Positions 56,687 to 64,000 of a stretch of 64,000 nucleotides of DNA are shown here, piece after piece (position 1 is the first letter of the stretch; each line of letters starts with the position of its first letter). The notes beneath the pieces are model-generated. The model saw only the letters and a list, made by a program, of their open reading frames with translations, made no database searches and was not told the origin of the DNA. Source of the stretch: Flaviramulus sp. (lineage in GTDB: Bacteria; Bacteroidota; Bacteroidia; Flavobacteriales; Flavobacteriaceae); the NCBI GenBank assembly GCA_030731745.1, contig JANQTJ010000037.1:77685-141684 (forward strand), written 5' to 3'. The translations under genes were made by a program, and so were the position numbers.

Positions 56687-57717
56687 TTTTTAAAAACAAC
56701 TGAAGACTGCCCACTGGTTACTTTTAACTCAATAGTTCTCCCTAAAATTAAAGCGCGATTATCTTTTTCATGTCCTGCCGGCATATTAAAAGCAATTGGG
56801 AAATCATAATCAGATAAAGCATCTAAAATGAGTTGCTCAATGGAAGTACCCCAAAGGGTTGTATTTTTTCTAAGTTTAGACATATCACCAACAATCACAC
56901 CTTTACAATTATCAAAATATCCGGCACGTTTTAAGCTCTGTAACATCCTGTCAATATGATATTTATATTCACCAATTTCTTCAATGAAAAGTACTTTCCC
57001 AAAAGTATCAATAGATGTTTTAGAGCCTAACATAGTATGAAGCATCGTTAAATTACCACCAACAAGCTGGCCTTCAGCAACTCCAGTTTTGTTGTAATTC
57101 GAACCTTTTAAAGTATAACTTAACGAGTTCCCAAAAATAGCATCTTTAAATGTTGAAACCGTTTCTTCAATACTACTTAAATCATCCTGTAAACTTGTAC
57201 ACATCATAGCATGAATACTTTCTACACCTTCATTATGAATTTGGTTGTGAAGTGCGGTAATATCTGAATAACCAATAATCCATTTAGGGTTTTTTATGAA
57301 TTTTGAATAATCTAATTTATCTAAAATCCTAACGGTACCGTAGCCGCCTCTGGAAGACCAAATGGCACTAATTTTAGGATCGTCTAAAGCCTTTTGAAAA
57401 TCTTCACATCGCTCAGCATCCGTTCCTGCAAAATGATTAGCTTGGTTAAAAACATGCTTTCCAAATACAACTTCTAAGCCCCAACTATTTAGTAATTTTT
57501 TGGCTTGCTCAACTTCATTAGTTCGGTTTTTTAAAACACCAGATGGTGCTACAATAGCAACGGTATCTCCAGTTTTTAGATATGGTGGTTTTTTTAAAGT
57601 CATATTTTCATTTTCGGTTAGGGTAGCTTGCGCTGAAATAGGTTTTATTCCAAAGAAAAAAACAACATAAATAAGGCTTAATGTAAGTAGGTGTTTAGAC
57701 ATGATGTAAATGTACAT
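56683..57717 (-). CDS. LD-carboxypeptidase (peptidase S66)
   Basis: Has a signal peptide. The nucleophile elbow is 'GYSDITAL' and a C-terminal 'GHE' completes the triad. Confidence 0.85.
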   Translation of the reverse strand: MYIYIMSKHLLTLSLIYVVFFFGIKPISAQATLTENENMTLKKPPYLKTGDTVAIVAPSGVLKNRTNEVEQAKKLLNSWGLEVVFGKHVFNQANHFAGTDAERCEDFQKALDDPKISAIWSSRGGYGTVRILDKLDYSKFIKNPKWIIGYSDITALHNQIHNEGVESIHAMMCTSLQDDLSSIEETVSTFKDAIFGNSLSYTLKGSNYNKTGVAEGQLVGGNLTMLHTMLGSKTSIDTFGKVLFIEEIGEYKYHIDRMLQSLKRAGYFDNCKGVIVGDMSKLRKNTTLWGTSIEQLILDALSDYDFPIAFNMPAGHEKDNRALILGRTIELKVTSGQSSVVFKN

Positions 57718-57773
57718 TTTTTTTCTAAATCGTACTCAAAATGTGTACTTTTACGCCTTTAAAAGAAACCAAA

Positions 57774-59834
57774 ATGCCAAAAAGATATACAATTACCACT
57801 GCGCTTCCTTATACAAACGGGCCCATACACATTGGGCATTTAGCCGGTGTTTATGTTCCAGCAGATATTTATGCACGTTATTTACGTTTAATTGGTAAAG
57901 ATGTGATTCTTATTGGTGGTAGTGATGAGCACGGAGTTCCTATCACAATCAAAGCAAAAAATGAAGGTGTTTCACCTCAAGATGTTGTTGATAAATATCA
58001 TGCTATCATTAAAAATTCATTTGAAGATTTTGGAATTTCTTTTGATAATTATTCCCGTACTTCAGCACCAATTCATCATGAAACAGCTTCAGAATTCTTT
58101 AAAATTTTAAATGAAAAAGGGGAGTTTGTTGAGGAAATAACAGCACAATTGTATGATGAAGAAGCTAATCAGTTTTTAGCAGACCGTTTTGTTACAGGAA
58201 CTTGCCCTAAATGTGGCAATGAAGAAGCTTATGGTGACCAATGTGAAAAGTGTGGTACGAGTTTAAACGCAACTGATTTAATAAACCCAAAATCGGCATT
58301 AACAGGTAATGTGCCAACTTTAAAAGAAACAAAACACTGGTTTTTACCACTAGATAGATATGAAGTCTTTTTAAAAGAATGGATTTTAGAAGGGCACAAA
58401 AAAGATTGGAAACCTAACGTTTATGGACAAGTTAAATCTTGGATTGACGATGGATTACGCCCTCGAGCAGTAACAAGAGATTTAGATTGGGGAATTCCTG
58501 TACCTGCCAATGGCGCAGATGGTAAAGTGCTTTACGTTTGGTTTGATGCTCCAATTGGTTACATTTCATCAACCAAAGAATGGGCCAAACGCGAAGGTAA
58601 AGATTGGGAGCCTTATTGGAAAGATGAAGACACTAAATTGGTTCATTTCATAGGAAAAGATAATATTGTATTTCACTGTATCATTTTTCCGGCGATGCTT
58701 AAAGCAGAAGGCAGTTATATCATGCCAGATAATGTGCCTGCAAATGAGTTTTTAAATTTAGAAGGGAATAAACTTTCTACTTCAAAAAATTGGGCAGTTT
58801 GGTTGCCTGAATATTTAAAAGAGTTTCCAGGGCAACAAGATGTCTTGCGTTATGTGTTAACAGCAAATGCGCCAGAAACTAAGGATAACGATTTTACTTG
58901 GAAAGATTTTCAAGCAAGAAACAACAATGAGTTGGTAGCTATTTTTGGGAATTTCATCAATCGTGTTGTGGTATTAACTAATAAATATTATCAAGGAGAA
59001 GTTCCAAAACCAGCTACTTTTTTAGAAGTAGATAAAGAAACTTTAGCAGCTGTAAAAGCGTATCCTGATGTGATAGCGAGTTCTATTGAGCGTTACCGTT
59101 TTAGAGAAGCGGGTCAAGAACTTATGAATTTAGCGCGTTTAGGAAATAAATACCTAGCAGATGCGGAGCCTTGGAAAGTGATTAAAGTAGATGAAGAACG
59201 CCCAAAGACCATTATGTATGTGGCGTTACAACTAGCTTCAGCTTTAGCTACATTGAGTGAACCATTTTTACCATTTACTTCTATTAAGCTTAAAAACATT
59301 CTGAATATTTCATTAAGTGCAGACCAAACATCTTGGAACGAAGTTAGTACTAAAGACGTATTACTTACATCTGGTCATCAAATAGCAGAAGCAGAATTAT
59401 TGTTTGCTAAAATTGAAGATGAAACCATCCAGTTTCAATTGGATAAGTTAGAAGCGAGTAAAAAAGCTAATGAAGCTGCAAATAAAAAAGCAGAACCTCA
59501 AAAAGAGACTATTTCTTTTGAAGATTTTTCTAAATTAGATATCCGAGTGGGTACGATTTTGGAGGCCGAAAAAATGCCAAAAGCCAAAAAACTGTTGGTT
59601 TTAAAAGTAGATACAGGCATAGATGTGCGAACTATAGTTTCAGGAATTGCAGAGAGTTTTACGCCAGAAGAAGTAATTGGAAAAAGGGTAACCGTTTTGG
59701 TAAATCTTGCTCCTAGAGCATTACGTGGTGTGGAAAGTCAGGGGATGATTTTGATGACTGAGACTCCTGAAGGAAAATTGGTTTTTGTAAATCCAGACGA
59801 TTCTAAAGTTGCAAACGGATTGTATGTAAGTTAA
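57774..59834 (+). CDS. metG: Methionine--tRNA ligase
   Basis: The start is taken at [13 protein letters not shown]. Has 'IHIGH', 'KLSTSK' and the Zn knuckles 'CPKCG...CEKCG'. The C-terminus is a tRNA-binding (EMAP-like) domain. Confidence 0.95.
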   Translation: MPKRYTITTALPYTNGPIHIGHLAGVYVPADIYARYLRLIGKDVILIGGSDEHGVPITIKAKNEGVSPQDVVDKYHAIIKNSFEDFGISFDNYSRTSAPIHHETASEFFKILNEKGEFVEEITAQLYDEEANQFLADRFVTGTCPKCGNEEAYGDQCEKCGTSLNATDLINPKSALTGNVPTLKETKHWFLPLDRYEVFLKEWILEGHKKDWKPNVYGQVKSWIDDGLRPRAVTRDLDWGIPVPANGADGKVLYVWFDAPIGYISSTKEWAKREGKDWEPYWKDEDTKLVHFIGKDNIVFHCIIFPAMLKAEGSYIMPDNVPANEFLNLEGNKLSTSKNWAVWLPEYLKEFPGQQDVLRYVLTANAPETKDNDFTWKDFQARNNNELVAIFGNFINRVVVLTNKYYQGEVPKPATFLEVDKETLAAVKAYPDVIASSIERYRFREAGQELMNLARLGNKYLADAEPWKVIKVDEERPKTIMYVALQLASALATLSEPFLPFTSIKLKNILNISLSADQTSWNEVSTKDVLLTSGHQIAEAELLFAKIEDETIQFQLDKLEASKKANEAANKKAEPQKETISFEDFSKLDIRVGTILEAEKMPKAKKLLVLKVDTGIDVRTIVSGIAESFTPEEVIGKRVTVLVNLAPRALRGVESQGMILMTETPEGKLVFVNPDDSKVANGLYVS

Positions 59835-59888
59835 GATTAATAAAATCATGTTCTGTAATGTTTTAAAAAAGATTCAGACAAAGATTCT

Positions 59889-60731
59889 ATGCAAAAAACA
59901 TTTACTGAGTTTTCTACAAATGCTATTCTTAAAATAGGAGATGAAGAAATCCTACAACCCTACAAATTGGCAAAACAACCTGATTTATATACTTTTATAC
60001 AGACAGGTAATTTTAAAGCTGAAATTATGGTTGATAATATACCCTATTATATTCAGCCTAATAGTATTTTGGTATTAACTACTGTACAGTATTTTCAGTT
60101 TATTTCTGGTGAAGATTTATTAGTATATCAATTCAATAGAGAGTTTTATTGCATAAAAGATCATGATCAAGAAGTAAGTTGTGCGGGTTTATTATTTTTT
60201 GGAAACGTACATATTCCAATTATAAATCTTAATATAGAAGAGCAACGAAAATTTAATATGTTGTATGAAGTTTTTGTTGACGAGTTAAAAACTAAAGATA
60301 ATATTCAAGCAGAAATGTTGCGTATGTTAATGGCGCGTTTTATCATAATATGTACACGTTTATTAAAAGCTAAAGAAGGGTATAAAGAAACCCAAAAAAG
60401 CTCAAAAATCGATATGTTGCGCGAGTTTAATATGTTAGTAGAAACACATTTTAAAATGGAGCATAGTGTGTCTTTCTATGCAGATAAATTATTTAAATCG
60501 CCTAAAACCTTATCTAATACTTTTGCTAAGTTAAATACTAGTCCATTACAAATTATTCATGAGCGCATTATCCTTGAAGCTAAACGGTTATTAATTTATA
60601 CTGATAAAACCGCTAAAGAAATTGCATACGAAGTTGGTTTTGAAGACGCTTCACATTTAAGTAGATTATTCAAAAAATATACTGCATTATCTCCTTCAGA
60701 CTTCAAGAAACAACTCCAAAAAGCATTTTAG
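59889..60731 (+). CDS. AraC-family transcriptional regulator
   Basis: The C-terminal HTH has 'VGFEDASHLSRLFKKYTALSP'. Length is 280 aa. Confidence 0.88.
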   Translation: MQKTFTEFSTNAILKIGDEEILQPYKLAKQPDLYTFIQTGNFKAEIMVDNIPYYIQPNSILVLTTVQYFQFISGEDLLVYQFNREFYCIKDHDQEVSCAGLLFFGNVHIPIINLNIEEQRKFNMLYEVFVDELKTKDNIQAEMLRMLMARFIIICTRLLKAKEGYKETQKSSKIDMLREFNMLVETHFKMEHSVSFYADKLFKSPKTLSNTFAKLNTSPLQIIHERIILEAKRLLIYTDKTAKEIAYEVGFEDASHLSRLFKKYTALSPSDFKKQLQKAF

Positions 60732-60746
60732 GGAAAAATTGACAAG
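60731..60746 (+). promoter_or_regulatory. Box 1: GGGAAAAATTGACAAG
   Basis: An exact 16-mer that is repeated at 60999..61014. It lies about 62 nt upstream of a CAnnTTTGTAyC element (CATCTTTGTACC). Confidence 0.55.
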
Positions 60747-60822
60747 TACTAAGGCGATTCCACCATTTTATCACCTTCTATTTTAATTCATCTTTGTACC
60801 GAACAATTAAAAAAACAAAGTC

Positions 60823-60981
60823 ATGAATTTAAAACACATATCCATTTTCAATCTAATTGAAATATTTAGAGGAAAAAGAAAAGAAATATTAAATACTATT
60901 ACTCCAAAAACACATTGCGATCAAAATCATATTTCAGATTTTTATTGTGATGCTGAAAGACCTCATATTGCTTCTAACTAA
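60823..60981 (+). CDS. Possible 52-aa small ORF (MNLKHISIFNLIEIFRGKRKEILNTITPKTHCDQNHISDFYCDAERPHIASN)
   Basis: An ATG-to-TAA ORF about 27 nt downstream of the box-1-associated promoter-like element. Confidence 0.35.
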   Translation: MNLKHISIFNLIEIFRGKRKEILNTITPKTHCDQNHISDFYCDAERPHIASN

Positions 60982-60998
60982 ATAGGTATAAGTAATAA

Positions 60999-61014
60999 GG
61001 GAAAAATTGACAAG
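60999..61014 (+). promoter_or_regulatory. Box 2: GGGAAAAATTGACAAG
   Basis: The second exact copy. It lies about 62 nt upstream of CACTTTTGTATC, ahead of the AhpD-like gene. Confidence 0.55.
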
Positions 61015-61108
61015 CTAAAAGGAATAAACTACATGGTGTAAATTTTATAACAGTTGCACTTTTGTATCACTAATAACAAACAGTAAAATCATATTAAAAA
61101 TAAAAATT

Positions 61109-61657
61109 ATGAGCACATTTAATGTACCAACAAGAGACCAAGTAAGCGAAAACAACCAAGTTATTTTCGATAATTTAAATAAAGCTTTAGGATTTGTACC
61201 AAATTTATTTGCAACTTATGCTAATAGTGATACTGCTTTAGAAAACTATTTAAATTTCGCAAATGCAAAAACTTCTTTAACTTCTAAAGAAAAAGAAGTT
61301 GTAAACTTGGCAGTAAGTGAAGTGAATAACTGTATTTATTGTTTATCTGCACACACCGCAATAGGTAAAATGAATGGTTTTTCAGACGATCAAATTTTGG
61401 AACTAAGAGCAGGACAAGCATCTTTCGATAATAAATTAGATGCTTTAGCAAGATTAGCTAGAAATATTACAGAAAATAGAGGTAGAACAGATGCAGAGGT
61501 CTTAAAAAACTTTTTCAATGCAGGATATTCTAAAGGAAATTTAATCGATACCATTTCTTTAGTAGGAGATAAAACAATTTCAAACTACGTTCACAGTACC
61601 ACACAAGTACCTGTAGACTTTCCACTAGCTCAACCACTACAAACATTATTAGTATAA
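61109..61657 (+). CDS. Carboxymuconolactone decarboxylase / AhpD-like alkylhydroperoxidase family protein
   Basis: Has the AhpD-core motif 'E..NNCIYCLSAH' (CxxC...H). Length is 182 aa. Confidence 0.8.
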   Translation: MSTFNVPTRDQVSENNQVIFDNLNKALGFVPNLFATYANSDTALENYLNFANAKTSLTSKEKEVVNLAVSEVNNCIYCLSAHTAIGKMNGFSDDQILELRAGQASFDNKLDALARLARNITENRGRTDAEVLKNFFNAGYSKGNLIDTISLVGDKTISNYVHSTTQVPVDFPLAQPLQTLLV

Positions 61658-61714
61658 AAATAAAAATTAATAAAAATTAATAAACAGAGCATTAAGCTCA
61701 TAAAATTTAAAACT

Positions 61715-62101
61715 ATGAAAAGAGTTATTTCAATTTTAGTAATCACACTAGCATTTACATTAAATTCAAATGCACAAGACAAAATGATGAATAAGGCAGT
61801 AAAAACCATTTCTTTAGAGCAAACTAAAGGTGAATTTGTTCAAAAAGCGTTAACAGTAAGTGAAGGCACTTATGTATTTGAAGTATCAAACAATCATGCT
61901 GCAAAAGAAGTAGGTTTAGTTTTAGTAAAAAAAGGGGATGACGCTAGCAAACCAGAAAACCATATTAAAACAGCCTACGTAATTGCTGTTGCTAAAGATG
62001 GTGAAACTCAAAAAACAAATGCTACAAAATTAGCAAAAGGCGAATATATATATTTCTGCCCGCTAAATCCAACACCTCAATACACACTTACAGTTAAGTA
62101 G
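61715..62101 (+). CDS. Hypothetical secreted protein, possibly cupredoxin-like
   Basis: Has a signal peptide. 'GTYVFEVSNN' and 'GEYIYFCPLNP' resemble cupredoxin strands, but the His/Met copper ligands after the Cys are not evident. Confidence 0.4.
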   Translation: MKRVISILVITLAFTLNSNAQDKMMNKAVKTISLEQTKGEFVQKALTVSEGTYVFEVSNNHAAKEVGLVLVKKGDDASKPENHIKTAYVIAVAKDGETQKTNATKLAKGEYIYFCPLNPTPQYTLTVK

Positions 62102-62125
62102 TTTTCTAATTGATTAATAGTAATT

Positions 62126-62156
62126 AAGGTTATTCTTGTTAGGATAACCTTTTTTG
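62126..62156 (+). terminator. Intrinsic terminator
   Basis: AAGGTTAT-loop-ATAACCTT followed by a T-run. Confidence 0.6.
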
Positions 62157-62190
62157 TTTTTATTACATTCGTTTATTATTTTATTTAATT

Positions 62191-64000
62191 ATGATGCAAC
62201 TGGTAGCCTATATTTTTTCTCAAACAAATATTAAAGATCAATCAATAAAAAACACTATTGCTTTATTAAACGAAGATTGCACCATACCTTTTATTTCTCG
62301 TTACCGTAAAGAAGCAACAGATAACTTAGATGAGGTTCAAATAGGCCAGATTGTTAAATATAAAGAACTTTTTGAAGCCATAGAAAAACGTAAAGTAGGC
62401 ATTTTAAAAGCTATTGATGAACAAAATGCGTTAACAACTGAGCTGAAACAAAAAATTGAAGCTACACAAGATTTAACAACTCTTGAAGATTTATACTTAC
62501 CCTTCAAAAAAAGCAAAAAAACTAAAGCCGAAACTGCAAGACTAAACGGTTTAGAGTCTTTGGCAAAAAGCATCATGTCTCAAAATGTTAACAATCTGGA
62601 ATCTTTAGTATTTAAGTATATAAAGGGAAATATAGCTTCAATAGATGATGCTTTGGAAGGTGCACGACATATTATTGCTGAATGGATTAATGAGCGCACA
62701 GACGTTCGAAATAACATTCGAAACCAGTTAGATCGTTTTGCTATGATTTCCACTAAAGTGGTAAAGACAAAAGTAGAAGATGAAAACGCTCAAAAATTTA
62801 GAGATTATTTTGATTGGGAAGAAAGTTTAAGCAGAATCCCTTCTCACCGATTATTAGCCATCTTAAGGGCAGAAAAGGAAGGTTTTGTTAGAGTCAAAAT
62901 TGCAATTGATGATGAACGTGCTATAGATTATTTAGAGAATAAAATTATTAAAAGTAATAATACGTGTTCAGTACAGATTCAAATAGCTATTAAAGACGCC
63001 TATAAACGTTTATTATTACCATCATTAAGTAACGAAGCTTTACAACTAGCTAAAGATAAAGCCGATGAATCTGCAATAACGGTATTTGCTAAAAACTTAA
63101 AACAGCTTTTATTAGGTTCTCCTTTGGGAGAAAAACGAATTTTAGCCATCGACCCAGGTTTTAGAACAGGTTGTAAAGTGGTTTGTTTAGATGCACAAGG
63201 TGGATTATTATATAATGAAACTATTTATCCTCATCCGCCAAAAAACGATAGTTTAGGTGCGATGAAAAAAATTAGTTCGCTATCCGAAGCTTATAAAATT
63301 GATGCGATTGCCATTGGAAATGGCACTGCGTCTCGCGAAACGGAGGCGTTTATAAGGAAAATCCATTTTAAACACGACATTAAAGTATTTGTGGTTAGTG
63401 AAGCAGGTGCAAGTATTTATTCTGCCTCTAAAATTGCTCGAGAAGAGTTTCCAAATTATGATGTTACTGTTCGGGGTAGTGTTTCAATTGGGAGACGTCT
63501 TCAAGATCCTTTAGCGGAATTGGTTAAGATTGACGCTAAATCAATTGGCGTTGGCCAATACCAACATGATGTCGATCAAACAAAACTCCAAAAACAATTA
63601 GATATTGTTGTGGAAAGTTGTGTAAACGCCGTTGGTGTAAATATCAATACAGCAAGCACAAGTTTGTTGAGTTACGTATCAGGCATTGGACCAAAACTTG
63701 CAGAAAACATTGTAAATTATCGTGATGAATATGGGGCTTTTGCTTCAAGAAATGACATTAAAAAAGTACCTCGTCTGGGCAGTAAAGCTTTCGAGCAAGG
63801 TGCAGGATTTTTAAGAATTAGATCTGCTAAAAATCCATTAGATGATTCTGCTGTACATCCAGAAAGTTATACGCTTATTGAGAAAATGGCTAAAGATTTA
63901 GGTAAATCTGTAGAAGATTTAATTGGTGATAAAACCATACTTGGAGGTATTGAGTTAACAAAATACATCACAAAATCTGTTGGTTTGCCTACGCTTCAAG
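62191..64000 (+). CDS. tex: Tex-family RNA-binding transcription accessory protein, 3' end outside the window
   Basis: Starts 'MMQLVAYIF...' and carries the Tex signature 'IPFISRYRKEATDNLDEVQ'. The YqgF-like region has 'ILAIDPGFRTGCKV' and there is an HhH region. The frame stays open to position 64000, which is why the ORF track does not list it. Confidence 0.9.
   Translation, partial: MMQLVAYIFSQTNIKDQSIKNTIALLNEDCTIPFISRYRKEATDNLDEVQIGQIVKYKELFEAIEKRKVGILKAIDEQNALTTELKQKIEATQDLTTLEDLYLPFKKSKKTKAETARLNGLESLAKSIMSQNVNNLESLVFKYIKGNIASIDDALEGARHIIAEWINERTDVRNNIRNQLDRFAMISTKVVKTKVEDENAQKFRDYFDWEESLSRIPSHRLLAILRAEKEGFVRVKIAIDDERAIDYLENKIIKSNNTCSVQIQIAIKDAYKRLLLPSLSNEALQLAKDKADESAITVFAKNLKQLLLGSPLGEKRILAIDPGFRTGCKVVCLDAQGGLLYNETIYPHPPKNDSLGAMKKISSLSEAYKIDAIAIGNGTASRETEAFIRKIHFKHDIKVFVVSEAGASIYSASKIAREEFPNYDVTVRGSVSIGRRLQDPLAELVKIDAKSIGVGQYQHDVDQTKLQKQLDIVVESCVNAVGVNINTASTSLLSYVSGIGPKLAENIVNYRDEYGAFASRNDIKKVPRLGSKAFEQGAGFLRIRSAKNPLDDSAVHPESYTLIEKMAKDLGKSVEDLIGDKTILGGIELTKYITKSVGLPTLQ

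Noticed and set aside
57741-57773. The track gives an 11-codon N-terminal extension of metG ([11 protein letters not shown]).
   Set aside because: The conserved MetRS N-terminus begins at [13 protein letters not shown], and the extension would start 24 nt from the divergent gene's start codon. The downstream ATG at 57774 is preferred.
62337-62576. A 79-aa minus-strand ORF is the only track ORF in the last 1.8 kb.
   Set aside because: It is antisense to a long plus-strand frame with clear Tex motifs. That frame runs off the window and is therefore missing from the track.
1-64000. I scanned by eye for CRISPR arrays, rRNA/tRNA genes, transposases, integrases, phage genes, toxin-antitoxin pairs and large tandem repeats.
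   Set aside because: I recognised none. No spaced direct-repeat array is present, no ORF has transposase, integrase or phage-like motifs, and the intergenic regions are too AT-rich and short for tRNA or rRNA. A tRNAscan/Infernal run would be needed to be definitive.

Overview
The window is a low-GC chromosomal segment that looks like a Flavobacteriaceae (Bacteroidota) genome. Supporting this are a GldH gliding-motility lipoprotein gene, a conserved gene order (dut, nucleotidyltransferase, TPR, DUF4292, M23 peptidase), TAnnTTTG-type -7 promoter boxes 20-45 nt upstream of many starts, and the absence of Shine-Dalgarno sequences. It is densely packed with about 65 protein genes, mostly housekeeping: dut, dprA, trpS, recA, trhO, PBP1A, scoAB, ogt, metG and tex. 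The most conspicuous organisation is a near-complete heme biosynthesis supercluster at about 27.4-42.5 kb. Its minus arm carries hemA, a hemC/D fusion, hemE, hemF and hemB. Its divergent plus arm carries an AraC regulator, hemH and hemJ. Tightly coupled non-heme genes sit among them. I found no rRNA, tRNA, CRISPR array, transposase, integrase or prophage, and no obvious defence island or biosynthetic gene cluster. The points worth a second look are smaller in scale. They include translational coupling of hemH to a MATE pump and of a 1030-aa BNR protein to hemJ. An ECF sigma factor is paired with an anti-sigma-like protein carrying an outer-membrane-barrel-like C-terminus. A structured intergenic repeat occurs in three copies. 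A promoter-plus-terminator-bounded non-coding unit has a duplicated promoter module. An AraC gene is followed by two identical 16-mer boxes at equal distance from two promoters, and all three AraC genes are followed by unannotated 52-58 aa ORFs. There is also a membrane-anchored winged-helix regulator, a decayed DUF1569 pseudogene, and a soluble acyl-ACP desaturase/acyltransferase pair. Hand-counted coordinates for non-track features may be off by 1-2 nt.
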